43,751 bases of DNA from Burkholderiales bacterium (GCA_028869035.1 JAGWTL010000001.1:1-43751); one strand, 5' to 3'; shown: positions 33,001 through 42,250, counted from the stretch's first letter. The notes: a model not told the origin generated them from the sequence alone. Numbers and translations are program-made.

Positions 33001-33125
33001 GTGACGTCGGGGAAGGCTTCGACGGAAAGGTTTTTGAAGGCAATCACGCCCGCCATGACGAACAGCAGCGTGCCCAACACGATGAACAGGGGCTGGTGCA
33101 CGGCATACTGGATCAGGCGCTTCAT
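30051..33125 (-). CDS. CzcA/CusA family heavy-metal-efflux RND permease
   Basis: EAFPDVT, TM4 motif AMDFGIIVDGAVIVIEN, EGRIFQPMA, RLRTVLMTA, QRPLAIVVIGG. Confidence 0.95.
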   Translation of the reverse strand: MKRLIQYAVHQPLFIVLGTLLFVMAGVIAFKNLSVEAFPDVTDTQVTVISLFPGRAAEEVEKQVTLPVETALAGLPNSIRLFSHTQFGLSYTVVTYDDSANVNLARQQVMERLNGVDLPPGARVSIAPNATPVGEIMRYRLRGDGLSTTDLRTQQDWVVERALRQVPGVADVVAMGGFIKQYEVQPDLDKLRAYKLTFQNLLDALGRGNSNAGGSYVAQGSQQFAIRGIGLLRSADDIGRIVLDSRNGTPILIRDVAQIKLGSVPRLGITGQDHDDDAVIGIVIMRKGENASEVLHGVKDKIEQLNERGLPPGVHIAPFYDRTWLMGKTLTTVFHNLVEGALLVSLVLYIFLSNLRASLAVVVVIPLALLATFMGLKIMGVPANLLSLGAMDFGIIVDGAVIVIENIMHRLEKDSENMSESERRQTIIEAANEVGRPTLFSMLIIIAAHIPIFALQRHEGRIFQPMALSVTTALIGSLIFSLTLVPLLAYWMLRKKLPHGDNRVVAAAKRVYTPVLDWALTHQRKVIAIALGAFVLGLGAAARLGSEFLPELNEGTFWVNWDMPASQSQEQAIKVLRTARELLLTIPEVRTVVSKAGQPEDGTDPKTLSMAEVFVDVKPAEEWRKGMTRDALIEEMDRKLSVIPGVDPAFSQPIRDNVLESISQIKGQIVVKVAGEDLGELQRTVEAMRLEFRRVQGVQRAEVDRLGELPQLLIDIDRERASRFGLNVSDVQDVIESALAGRAATLLWEGEKKFAVAVRLPEDERTIANLPSTPLAIPSGGYTTLGSVASIRQSPGAMNIAREAGRRTMAIGVFIKGRDMGSVVKDMKARVAANVRVPENYTVNWSGEFENQERAMQRLSVVVPISLLLIFVLLFDAFSSFKKAALILINVPLALIGGFIALWVFDIPLSVSAAIGFIALSGQAVLNGVVMLSVFQQLRNAGYSVLEAARTGSMQRLRTVLMTAMLAALGLLPMALSHDIGSETQRPLAIVVIGGLVTATLLTLVLLPVLYVAWFTGRRPDEET

Positions 33126-34336
33126 TTCTTGTCTGCCCCGCGGTTCTGCGTCTTGACGGCGGGTCCGGCTTCTGCGTTGTCATTGCTTGAGCGAGCCTCC
33201 TCTTCGGCCAGGCGCAGCAGTCTGTCCAGCAGCAGCGCGTTTTCGACGACCACCTGCTCACCGGTCCGCAGGCCACTGCTCACGACGACTTGCCTGGGAC
33301 CTTCATACTCCAGCTCCACGGTGCGTCGCTCGAATTCACCCGGTCGCGTCTGAACAAAGGCGGACTGGCGGGAGCCTCGCAGGAGGACCGCTGTCGCCGG
33401 TATCACCACCTCACCGGGGAAGGTGCGCTCGAAACGGGCCGTGGCCAGCATTTCGGCTTTCAGGCGGCGATCGGTGTTGGCCACCACGCCGCGAATCTTG
33501 ATGGTGCGGGTCAGGGGGTCAATGAAGTCAGAAGTTGTGATGACCCGGCCCGAGAACTTCTGTCCGGGTAGCGAGGTGACGCTGAGCTCGAAACGGGTTC
33601 CCGAACGCACAATGCCCACTTCCGATTCCCGGGCGTCGATCTGGATCCAGAGCGACGTCGGGTCGGTGACCACGAAAAGGGCGGGCACGCTGGGTCCGGT
33701 GAGTTCGGGTCGCAGTTCCTGGCCGGGGTTGAGATTGCGTTCGACCACCATGCCTCCGATGCTGGCGGCCAGCACCAGTTGCTGGTTGACGTTGCTGCTG
33801 CCACCGTAGAGACGGGTGCGGGCCTGGGCGCGGTCCGCTTCGGCGCGCGCGCGCTCCTGATCGGCTTCGGCCTGTTCCAGCTCCTTGCGTGCGACGATGC
33901 CGGCATCGAACAGCTCGCGCTGGCGCTGCAGGGCTTTGGCCGCAAGGCGGGCGTCGGCTTCGGCGCGGGCGGTGTCGCTCTGCGCCTGACCGAAGTCCGG
34001 TGAGGCCAGCACGGCCAGCGGTGCGCCGGCGACCACGCGCTGGCCGACATCGGCCTTGATGGCCGTGACGCGACCGGCGAAAGATGGATAGATGCGCTGG
34101 GTGCGCTCCTCGTTCCAGACCAGCTTGGCGGGCAGCTCGATGGCGATGGAGCTGGCCGGTTCGGCCGGCGCCAAGGTCAGGAGCTTGAGTTGCGGATGCC
34201 CGGCAGCAAAGCGCAGTTGCTGGCCCTGCATGATCGGGGCCGGGGCGTCTGCCGTGGGGGCGGGCTGCTCATTGCAGGCCGTAAGCAGCAGAGTCGCCAG
34301 CAGTGCGGGCAGATGGGTTTTCAGACGGTTCAGCAT
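33122..34336 (-). CDS. RND periplasmic adaptor (CzcB-like lipoprotein)
   Basis: Lipobox LTAC, lipoyl/hairpin pattern, DPLTRTIKIR. Confidence 0.92.
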   Translation of the reverse strand: MLNRLKTHLPALLATLLLTACNEQPAPTADAPAPIMQGQQLRFAAGHPQLKLLTLAPAEPASSIAIELPAKLVWNEERTQRIYPSFAGRVTAIKADVGQRVVAGAPLAVLASPDFGQAQSDTARAEADARLAAKALQRQRELFDAGIVARKELEQAEADQERARAEADRAQARTRLYGGSSNVNQQLVLAASIGGMVVERNLNPGQELRPELTGPSVPALFVVTDPTSLWIQIDARESEVGIVRSGTRFELSVTSLPGQKFSGRVITTSDFIDPLTRTIKIRGVVANTDRRLKAEMLATARFERTFPGEVVIPATAVLLRGSRQSAFVQTRPGEFERRTVELEYEGPRQVVVSSGLRTGEQVVVENALLLDRLLRLAEEEARSSNDNAEAGPAVKTQNRGADKK

Positions 34337-34361
34337 GGTCGACGACTTTTCGGATCTTGAT

Positions 34362-35651
34362 TCAAGGGGTGCCAGCGGCCGCCGTCAGCGTCTGGCCTGT
34401 GCGCAGCTGCCAGACGCCTAGGGTCTTGGCGTGCTCGCTGCGAGCGGCCACGGCCTCCAGCACGGTGGCGCGCAGGGTGCGGCGAGCGTCCAGCAGGTCG
34501 GTCAGCGAGAGCGCGCCCTTGCGGTAGGCCAGTTCGGCGCCTTCGGCCACACGGCGCGCCCGCGGCAGGATCTCGGCCTCATAGGCTTCGGTGCGTGCGG
34601 CCGTGCTTTGTAATTCGTGCTGCAGGCGCTGCAGTTCCAGGCGCGCCAGGCGGCGGGTTTTCTCCAGCGCGTCCTGGGCCTGGGCCAGCTGGGCGCTGGC
34701 GCGGCCGATCTCGCCCTCGTAGCCGTAGCCCCACTGCAGCGGCATGGACATGCGCAGCGCCACCAGGGCCGTGGAGGTGCCCGGGTAGTGATCGTAGGAC
34801 ACGCCCCAGGTGATGTCGGACTTCTTCTGGGCGCTGCTGTTGTCCAGCGCGGCCTGTGTGGCCTGGACCCGCGCCCGCGCCGCGCGGACGTCGGCGCGGG
34901 CCTCGATCAGCTCATCCAGTGCGGCCACGGCATTCAGGGAGCCGCCGGGCAGGGCTGGCCAGTCGGGCCGGGCCTGCAACTGCCCGGGTGCGCCGCCCAG
35001 GCTGGTCAGTTGCCACAGCAGCAGTGCGGCACGCTGCTGTTCCAGTTCGGCCAGGCGCAGGTCGGAGCGGGCACGCTGGGCCTCGATCTCGGTGCGCGCC
35101 GTCTCCTGGGCAGAGAGGTCGCCGGCCTGCAGGCGCCGTGCGGCGATGCGCGCCAGTTCGGCGGCGCTGCGTTCGATCTGCGTCACCTCGGCCACACGCT
35201 CCTGCGCGGCCAGCAGGTCATAGAACCCGGTGAGCGCAAAAACCTTCTGCTGGATGCTCGTTTCATCCAGGTCGGCCTGGACGGCATCGGCAGCGCGCTG
35301 CGCGGCGCGGGTGCGCAGTTCACGCTTGTTGCCGCGCTCCCAGGTCCAGTCCAGGCCTACCGATTTGTCCACCGTGCGCTCGTGCAGCAGGTTGCCGCTG
35401 CCGTTGCCGTTCTGCAGATCGATCTGGCTCACGCTGGCCGAGAGCGCGGGAAAGGGGGCGCGGTCGGCGCTGGTGATGTCGGCCTGGGCCCCGGCCAGCG
35501 TGCGCCGCGCCAGGACAACGTCCAGGTTGTCCTGGGCGGCCTGCAGGGCCTGTTGCAGGGAAACGGGCAGGGGCGCCGCGGCCGCTGTCTGGGCCTGGGC
35601 GGTGGCCGACAGCAACAGGCTGGCCAACAACAATAATTGACGTATGCTCAT
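34362..35651 (-). CDS. TolC/CzcC family outer membrane factor
   Basis: Signal peptide, ERGNKRELR, AYRKGALSLTDLLDARR. Confidence 0.92.
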   Translation of the reverse strand: MSIRQLLLLASLLLSATAQAQTAAAAPLPVSLQQALQAAQDNLDVVLARRTLAGAQADITSADRAPFPALSASVSQIDLQNGNGSGNLLHERTVDKSVGLDWTWERGNKRELRTRAAQRAADAVQADLDETSIQQKVFALTGFYDLLAAQERVAEVTQIERSAAELARIAARRLQAGDLSAQETARTEIEAQRARSDLRLAELEQQRAALLLWQLTSLGGAPGQLQARPDWPALPGGSLNAVAALDELIEARADVRAARARVQATQAALDNSSAQKKSDITWGVSYDHYPGTSTALVALRMSMPLQWGYGYEGEIGRASAQLAQAQDALEKTRRLARLELQRLQHELQSTAARTEAYEAEILPRARRVAEGAELAYRKGALSLTDLLDARRTLRATVLEAVAARSEHAKTLGVWQLRTGQTLTAAAGTP

Positions 35652-35759
35652 GGATCAATCAACTCAAGGGGGTCGAGTGTCTCCGGTTGCGCCTGACCGC
35701 CGACTGACTCTGCCCTTGGTGAAAACGCGTAGTCCACGCCTGTCGCGAGCCCTGCCGCC

Positions 35760-36461
35760 ATGAGAATCCTGCTGGTCGAAGACGATCCCGTGCTGCGCGA
35801 GGTCATGCGCCTGAGCCTGCGTGATGCCGGCCACCGTGTGGACGAGACCGGCACCCTGGAGCAGGCCGCGCATTTCTGGCGCGTGCAGCCGTTTGACGCC
35901 GTGCTGCTGGACCTGAACCTGCCGCAGAGCGAGGCAGCGACCAGCCCCCTGGCCAACGGCCTGACGCTGTTGCGCGAGGCGCGCGCGCGCGGCGACCGCA
36001 CCCCCGTGCTGGTGCTGACTGCGCGCAACCGCACCGACGAGCGCATTGCCGGCCTGGACGCCGGCGCTGACGACTACCTGGGCAAACCCTTCGAGCTGGC
36101 CGAAGTCGAGGCGCGGCTGCGCGCCCTGGTGCGCCGCACCGCGGGCACCGATGACCTGTTCGAGATCGGGCGCCTGAGCCTGGACCGCAAGGCGCGGCGC
36201 TTCACCATCGACGGCCTGCTGCTGGAACTGCCGGCGCGCGAGTTCGAGGTGCTGTGGGAGCTGATGACACCGCCCGGACGCGTGGTCAGCAAGCGCAGCC
36301 TCTCGGACAAGCTCTCTGACTTCAGCGAGGCCCTGGGCGACAACGCGCTGGAGGCCTTCATCTCCCGGCTGCGCAAGAAGCTGGTCGGCAGCGGCGCGCG
36401 CATCCGCACCCTGCGCGGCCTGGGCTACGCGCTGGAGCGGGGTGATGGGAGCGAGGCTTGA
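35760..36461 (+). CDS. OmpR-family response regulator (TctD/QseB-like)
   Basis: MRILLVEDD, LLDLNLP, GADDYLGKPF, RLRKKL, IRTLRGLGY. Confidence 0.95.
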   Translation: MRILLVEDDPVLREVMRLSLRDAGHRVDETGTLEQAAHFWRVQPFDAVLLDLNLPQSEAATSPLANGLTLLREARARGDRTPVLVLTARNRTDERIAGLDAGADDYLGKPFELAEVEARLRALVRRTAGTDDLFEIGRLSLDRKARRFTIDGLLLELPAREFEVLWELMTPPGRVVSKRSLSDKLSDFSEALGDNALEAFISRLRKKLVGSGARIRTLRGLGYALERGDGSEA

Positions 36462-37873
36462 GCACAGCGCCTGCGCCGGCCGACACGCTCGCCAAGCCCT
36501 CCTTGCGCGCGCGCCTGGTGCGCCATGTGCTGCTGCCCCTGGCGCTGACCTGGCTGCTGGGCTCGGCCGTCACCGTGGCCGTGGCCTACCACTTTGCGCA
36601 GAAGGCCTTTGACCGCGCCCTGCTGGACGATGCCTACGCCCTGGCTTCACGCGTGCGCTTCCTGCCCCAGGGCCTGGCCCTGGAGCTGTCCAGCCGCGAG
36701 ATGAGCACGGTGCTTTTCGACCAGAGCGAGAGCATTTATTTTGTGGTGCGCCGCGCCGACGGCTCGGCCATGGCCGGCCATCCAGGGCTGCGGGCGCCCA
36801 TGCCGAGAAGCCCGGACACCATCCTGTTTGCCGAGGCCATCTACGAAGGCCAGCCCCTGCGCACGGTGACGCTGGTGCAGGACGCGCCCGACAACTTCAC
36901 CGTCATGGTGGGGCAGACCACACGCAGCCGGCGCACCTTGCTCCACGACGTGTTGATCTATTCGGTGGTGCCGCAGATCGCCTTGCTGCTGCTGCTGGCC
37001 CTGTGGCTGCGCGGCATCATCGGCCTGGAGTTGCGGCCACTGAACGCGCTGCAGCGTTCAGTGGAGCAGCGCGATGCGCTGGACCTGACGCCGGTGCCGG
37101 TCTCGGCCAGTTCGCGCGACATCGAGCACCTGGGCACGGCCATCAACGCCCTGCTGGGGCGTGTCAGCCAGAGCCTGCAGGCGCAGCGCGAGTTTTCCGG
37201 CAATGTGGCGCATGAATTGCGCACCCCGCTGGCCGGCATCCGCGCCCTGGCCGAGTACGGCCTGGCGCGGGCCGAGCCCGCCGTCTGGCGCGAGCAGCTG
37301 CAGCGCATCGGCGCCAGCGAGGCGCGCGCCAGCCGCCTGGTGGAACAGCTGCTGGCCCTGGCGCTGGCCGACGAGGCCGATGCCGGTGTGCAGAACGGGC
37401 CGGTGGCGCTGGACGAGGTGGTGCGCGAAACCGTGCTGCGTTACCTGCCGCGCGCCGACGCGGCCGGGGTGGACCTGGGCGTGCACGGCCTGGACCGGCC
37501 GGCGCACGTGGCCGGCAATGTGGCCCTGATCGAGGGCATCCTGGGCAACCTGCTGGACAACGCCCTGCGTTACGGCCGGGCCCCGGCCGGCCAGGCCAGC
37601 ACGCTGACCGTGGAACTGGCGTGCGAGGGCGGGGGTGTGCGGCTCTCGGTGATCGACAACGGACCCGGCCTCACGCCGCAGGAGCGCCAGCATCTGATGC
37701 GGCGCGGCGTGCGCGGCCTGCACGCCGAGCGCCTGGGGCAGGGTGCCGGCCTGGGTCTGGCCATCGTGGCCAAGTTCGCCCAGCTGACGCACGCGCGCTT
37801 CGAATTGAGCCATGCGCCGGCAGGCCCCGGCCTGTGCGCCAGCGTGGACTTCCAGCTGCTGTCCCGCAGCTGA
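36458..37873 (+). CDS. Sensor histidine kinase (TctE/QseC-like, 2CSK_N-type sensor)
   Basis: SLRARL..FDRALLDDA, H-box AHELRTPL, NLLDNALRY, DNGPG, GAGLGLAIV. Confidence 0.93.
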   Translation: MSTAPAPADTLAKPSLRARLVRHVLLPLALTWLLGSAVTVAVAYHFAQKAFDRALLDDAYALASRVRFLPQGLALELSSREMSTVLFDQSESIYFVVRRADGSAMAGHPGLRAPMPRSPDTILFAEAIYEGQPLRTVTLVQDAPDNFTVMVGQTTRSRRTLLHDVLIYSVVPQIALLLLLALWLRGIIGLELRPLNALQRSVEQRDALDLTPVPVSASSRDIEHLGTAINALLGRVSQSLQAQREFSGNVAHELRTPLAGIRALAEYGLARAEPAVWREQLQRIGASEARASRLVEQLLALALADEADAGVQNGPVALDEVVRETVLRYLPRADAAGVDLGVHGLDRPAHVAGNVALIEGILGNLLDNALRYGRAPAGQASTLTVELACEGGGVRLSVIDNGPGLTPQERQHLMRRGVRGLHAERLGQGAGLGLAIVAKFAQLTHARFELSHAPAGPGLCASVDFQLLSRS

Positions 37874-37883
37874 GCGCATCGGT

Positions 37884-38627
37884 CTAGAAGCGCGTGCCGA
37901 AGGCCAGGCGCCACATGTCCTGTGGCGTGAAGTTGACCTTGGGGTCATAACCCAGGCGCAGGAACCAGCGGGGCCAGTCATAGGCCACCGACAGGCCGGC
38001 GCGCTCGATCATCTCGTCTTCCACCAGGCCGCGCTTGTAGAGCAGGTCGACCGTCAGGCGGTGGCCGTCGGGCAGGGGCGTGCGCCAGACCAGATGCAGG
38101 TGCTGCTGGTCGGGGTTCAGGCGGTTGTCGCGCACGACCACCAGACCCAGCGAGGGGCCCTCGGCCCAGCGGTAGCCGCCGCTCAGGCTCCAGGCGTCGT
38201 TGGGGTCGAAGTTCAGGTTCACGGTCTCGCGCAGATTGGTGCGGCCCAGGCCGGCGCCGACATACCAGTCTGCGCCCGTTTCCAGGCCCACACTGCCGTT
38301 GAGGGCGCCGCCGGTGGCCAGCTGCGCCGAAGGCTGGATGCGCACCGCGCCCAGCTTCCAGGTGCGATCCCAGCCGATCCGGTCCTGGACCAGCTCGCGG
38401 GCCGGCGCCACATAGCGGCCGATCCAGACATTGCCCAGCCCGGAGCTGTGACGCAGGTTGATGTCGGTCGAATCACTGCTGGCTTCGCCGCCGCCGCTGG
38501 ACTGGTACAGACCCGCCGTCAGCTTGAAGGCCGGGGACGAGACCCTGTCCGTGTCCTGCGCCCAGGCGGCATGTATCGCAAGCCCCAGGCAGGCCGTGGT
38601 CCAGATTCGGATGAAATGAAATTGCAA
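37884..38627 (-). CDS. Outer-membrane beta-barrel protein of unknown function (YaiO-like)
   Basis: Signal peptide AWA-Q, alternating aromatic beta-strands, C-terminal Phe. SD AAGGAG precedes the TTG. Confidence 0.75.
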   Translation of the reverse strand: MQFHFIRIWTTACLGLAIHAAWAQDTDRVSSPAFKLTAGLYQSSGGGEASSDSTDINLRHSSGLGNVWIGRYVAPARELVQDRIGWDRTWKLGAVRIQPSAQLATGGALNGSVGLETGADWYVGAGLGRTNLRETVNLNFDPNDAWSLSGGYRWAEGPSLGLVVVRDNRLNPDQQHLHLVWRTPLPDGHRLTVDLLYKRGLVEDEMIERAGLSVAYDWPRWFLRLGYDPKVNFTPQDMWRLAFGTRF

Positions 38628-38728
38628 AACAGCGCTCCTTGAATACCTGCATGAAGTTTGCCATCGGCGGGGTCACGGCTCCGCCGTCGGTCACTCCTAC
38701 AATATGCTCGATCTGAAGACCTGTTGCC

Positions 38729-40066
38729 ATGCCTTCTCTCCGAACGATCTTTTCCGTCGCGCTGGCAGCCAGTCTGTCGCCGTTTGCGGCTCTGGGGCAG
38801 ACACAGGAGGCGGCCGACCTTGAGCCACCGGCCTGGGACCTCCGATTCCAGTCGACTTACATCTGGCAGTACAAGCCGGGCTTCCATGCGGCCTACTCCG
38901 GTGCCAACAGCCTGACCCCCGGGCGCGAGTACAGCACCACGTTCAGCGCGACGGCCTACCTGGGTCTGCGGCCCTGGGCTGGCGGCGAGATCTATTTCAA
39001 CCCCGAACTTTCACAAGGACACGCCTTCTCGCAGCTGACCGGCTTGGGTGGTTTCACCAATGGCGAGGTAACCCGCGCCTCCAGCGACAGTCTGCAGTAC
39101 TACCGTCAGCGCCTGTTTCTGCGTCAGACCTGGGGCAGAGGCGGCGGCCAAGAGGCGCGCGAGGCCGATCTCAACCAGCTGGCGGGTTCGGTGGATCGCA
39201 ACCGCGTGGTGTTGACAGCTGGCAATTTCTCGGTTCTGGATGTTTTCGACAACAATGCCTATGCCAAGGACTCTCGTCGCCAGTTCATGAACTGGAGCGG
39301 CATGACACATGCCTCTTACGACTATGCCGCCGACGCGCGTGGTTTCGGCTGGGGCGCGGCGCTGGAGTGGTATCACGATAACTGGGCGCTGCGGCTTGGC
39401 CGCATGACCGGTCCGGTCACGCCCAATGATCTGCCGGTGGACTTCGATATCCTGAACCACTACGGCGACCAGATCGAAGTCGAGCGTGGGCATCTTTTGG
39501 GTGAGCTGCCAGGCAGGGTGCGCGTGCTGCTGTGGCGCAACCGCGCCGTGCTCGCGCGCTACCAGGACGCCATCGACTGGGGCCGGGCTAACAGCCGCGC
39601 GCCGGACATCTTCCAGGTGCGCAATAGCGAGCAATTCAAGACCGGCCTCGGTATCAATGTGGAGCAGGCCTTGTCGTCCACGGCAGGCGTGTTCCTGCGC
39701 GCCATGCACACCGACGGGGGCACCGAAACCTATGCTTTCACCGAAGCCGACCAGTCTTTCGCTGCTGGCCTGTCCCTGCAAGGGGCTGGCTGGGGCCGCG
39801 CCCAGGACACGCTGGGCCTGATGCTGGCGCAAAATGGCCTGTCTGCCCAGCGCCGCGCTTATCTGGAGGCCGGCGGCATTTCCTTCTTCATCGGCGACGG
39901 CGCTTTGGGCTATCAGCCGGAGACCATTTTCGAGATTTATTACAGCGTGGGCCTGGGGCGGCGCGTCTTTCTGACCTTGGACTACCAGCGCATCCAGAAC
40001 CCCGCATACAACGCCGACCGCGGCCCGGTTGATTTTGCCGGTGTGCGTTTGCATGCGGAGTTCTGA
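38729..40066 (+). CDS. OprB-family porin (resembles the MnoP high-affinity Mn2+ porin subtype)
   Basis: Signal peptide, YSGANSL, EIYFNPE, YDYAADARG, NPAYNADRGPV, terminal Phe. Confidence 0.85.
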   Translation: MPSLRTIFSVALAASLSPFAALGQTQEAADLEPPAWDLRFQSTYIWQYKPGFHAAYSGANSLTPGREYSTTFSATAYLGLRPWAGGEIYFNPELSQGHAFSQLTGLGGFTNGEVTRASSDSLQYYRQRLFLRQTWGRGGGQEAREADLNQLAGSVDRNRVVLTAGNFSVLDVFDNNAYAKDSRRQFMNWSGMTHASYDYAADARGFGWGAALEWYHDNWALRLGRMTGPVTPNDLPVDFDILNHYGDQIEVERGHLLGELPGRVRVLLWRNRAVLARYQDAIDWGRANSRAPDIFQVRNSEQFKTGLGINVEQALSSTAGVFLRAMHTDGGTETYAFTEADQSFAAGLSLQGAGWGRAQDTLGLMLAQNGLSAQRRAYLEAGGISFFIGDGALGYQPETIFEIYYSVGLGRRVFLTLDYQRIQNPAYNADRGPVDFAGVRLHAEF

Positions 40067-40104
40067 TCCTTTCTTCGGTGCACAAGGGCAAGGATTGAAT
40101 CTTC

Positions 40105-41388
40105 ATGAGGCGCCGGCTCCAATGGACATCGTTGGCACTGGCGGCCTTGCTGCTGGTGCTGGCCGTAGGTCTGCTGCTAACGCAGCGCTGGCTGTCCACC
40201 GACGAATTGCGCCAGCGCGTCGAACGCGAAGCCTCGGCGGTGCTGGGCGTGCCGCTCAAGCTCGAACGCGTGGGCCTCACGCTGTGGCCGCTGCCGGGTG
40301 TCGCGCTGGACGGTGTAGAGCTGCGCACGCGCCAGCCGCTGAAGGCGGAGCGCATCGAATTGCGCCCGGCCTGGCAGCAGCTGCCGCTGGGCCGCATCGC
40401 GATTTCCACCCTGGTGGTCCGGCGCGCCGTGTTGCCGCAACAGGGCATCGACGCGCTGCTGGCCTCGCTGCAGAAAATCCGCCAGCGCGACAAGTCGCCG
40501 CAGACGGCCTCTGCGCTGCACTTGTTGCCCCGGCGTACGGTGCTCGACGAACTGAGCTGGGTCGATGCCCGGGGCAAGACCATCGTGATCCAGGCCGAGG
40601 CGCGGCTCGACAGTGACGCGTTGCCCGAGCAGATCGAGCTGGAAGTCCTGCGCGGGCGCCTGCAGGGCGCGCACCTGAATCTGTACCGCAGTGATGAGCG
40701 GGCCTGGGATGTGGCGCTCCGGGTGGCCGGCGGTACGGTGCAGGGACGAGTGGAGGTGCAGCCCTCGGGTGAGGCTGGCGCCGAGTTCGCGCTCAAGGGC
40801 CTGTTGCAGACGCGCGCGGTCGAGCTCTCGCAGCTCACCGCTGCCGAGCCGACCGAGGCCGTGCGCGCCCGCCAGCCGCTGAGCGGCCGGCTCGAAGCCA
40901 GCACCACGCTCAACGCGCGGGCGCGCCAGCCCTCGGCGCTGCTCGACGTGCTCCAGACGCAGTCGAAATTCACCGTGCGCAACGGCATGCTGCACGGCAT
41001 CGACCTGGTCAAGGCGGTGCAGACCGTGGGGGTGAGCCGCGGTGGCAATACGCCGCTGGACGCGCTGTCCGGCTTGGTCAGCACGCGCGGCAAGGCCATC
41101 GAGCTGCAGAACCTGGCGGCCAGCTCGGGCTCGCTCAGCGCCACCGGTCGGGTCAGCGTGTCCACCACGCAGCAACTCAATGGCCGCGTGAACGTGGACC
41201 TGGGCGGGGCGGTGGGCGTGCCCTTGCTGGTAGGCGGCACGGTCGACGAGCCCGAGGTGTCGCTGACGGCGGGCGCCAAGATCGGCGCCGCGCTGGGGAC
41301 CATGCTCATGCCCGGCGTGGGCACGGGTGCCGGGGCATCGGTGGGTGGCAAGATCGGCGAGGGCCTGAACAAGCTGTTCGGTAAATAG
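40105..41388 (+). CDS. AsmA-like protein
   Basis: N-terminal TM anchor, beta-rich body, G.L.GIDL..A and VGGTVDEP patterns, Gly-rich tail. Confidence 0.75.
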   Translation: MRRRLQWTSLALAALLLVLAVGLLLTQRWLSTDELRQRVEREASAVLGVPLKLERVGLTLWPLPGVALDGVELRTRQPLKAERIELRPAWQQLPLGRIAISTLVVRRAVLPQQGIDALLASLQKIRQRDKSPQTASALHLLPRRTVLDELSWVDARGKTIVIQAEARLDSDALPEQIELEVLRGRLQGAHLNLYRSDERAWDVALRVAGGTVQGRVEVQPSGEAGAEFALKGLLQTRAVELSQLTAAEPTEAVRARQPLSGRLEASTTLNARARQPSALLDVLQTQSKFTVRNGMLHGIDLVKAVQTVGVSRGGNTPLDALSGLVSTRGKAIELQNLAASSGSLSATGRVSVSTTQQLNGRVNVDLGGAVGVPLLVGGTVDEPEVSLTAGAKIGAALGTMLMPGVGTGAGASVGGKIGEGLNKLFGK

Positions 41389-41408
41389 GCCCCGCCGGGC
41401 GGCCGGGT

Positions 41409-42179
41409 TCAGGTCCTGTAGCCCGGGTCCAGCCGCTCCGCCTTGCGCAGCAGCGCCGGCCAGGCCAGGTTGGCGCCCTGACCGGCGGTGGCGGTTTTCA
41501 TCACGCCGGCGATGCCCTCGACGATCTTCGGGTCCACCATGACCAGTTCGCCGCCGGCCTGCGCGTCGATCTGGATGCGGCAGGTGGCCTCGAAGATGTA
41601 CATGTTCAGGAAGGCGTCGGCGATGGTCTTGCCCACGGTCAGCAGGCCGTGGTTGCGCAGCATCAGGTAGTTGGCCGTGCCCAGGTCGGCCTGCAGACGC
41701 AGCTTTTCCTCGTCGCGCAGGGCCACGCCTTCGTAGGCGTGATACGCGAGCGAGCCCAGCACGAAGGTGGACTGCTGGCTGATCGGCAGCACGCCGCACT
41801 TCTGCGCGCTGACCGCCACGCCGGCGCGCGAATGCGTATGCAACACGCAGCCCGCGTCCTCGCGCGCGGCGTGGATGGCGCTGTGGATCACGAAACCGGC
41901 GGGATTGACGGGGAAGGGCGAGTCGCTGAGCTTCTTGCAGTCTTGGTCCACGCGCACCAGGCTGGAGGCCGTGATCTCGTCGAACATCAGGCCGTAGGGA
42001 TTGATCAGGAAGTGGTGCTCACCGGGCCGGGAAAGAGAGGAGGGCAATTTGGCGCTGATGTGGGTGAAGACCAGGTCGCTCCAGCCGTAGGCGGCCACCA
42101 GGCGGTAGGCGGCGGCGAGATCGCAGCGCAACTGCCATTCCTGTTCGCTGACGACTTCCTTGAGGGAGGGGATGTGCAT
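41409..42179 (-). CDS. Class II aldolase/adducin family protein
   Basis: RCDLAAAYRL, FTHIS, FDEITASSL, IHSAIH, HTH, LRNHG. SD AGGAG. Confidence 0.93.
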   Translation of the reverse strand: MHIPSLKEVVSEQEWQLRCDLAAAYRLVAAYGWSDLVFTHISAKLPSSLSRPGEHHFLINPYGLMFDEITASSLVRVDQDCKKLSDSPFPVNPAGFVIHSAIHAAREDAGCVLHTHSRAGVAVSAQKCGVLPISQQSTFVLGSLAYHAYEGVALRDEEKLRLQADLGTANYLMLRNHGLLTVGKTIADAFLNMYIFEATCRIQIDAQAGGELVMVDPKIVEGIAGVMKTATAGQGANLAWPALLRKAERLDPGYRT

Positions 42180-42250
42180 GGGGTCTCCTTGCTTGTGAAT
42201 GCTCTTGCCGCACTGTCCACCATGCCGGCGCCGGGATCAACGCCCGGGGG

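Noticed and set aside
38640-38700. Possible fluoride or metal riboswitch in the porin spacer
   Set aside because: Lacks the recognisable crcB (GGCGATGG..GCTGATGAC), NiCo or yybP-ykoY consensus. Kept only as an unexplained hairpin.
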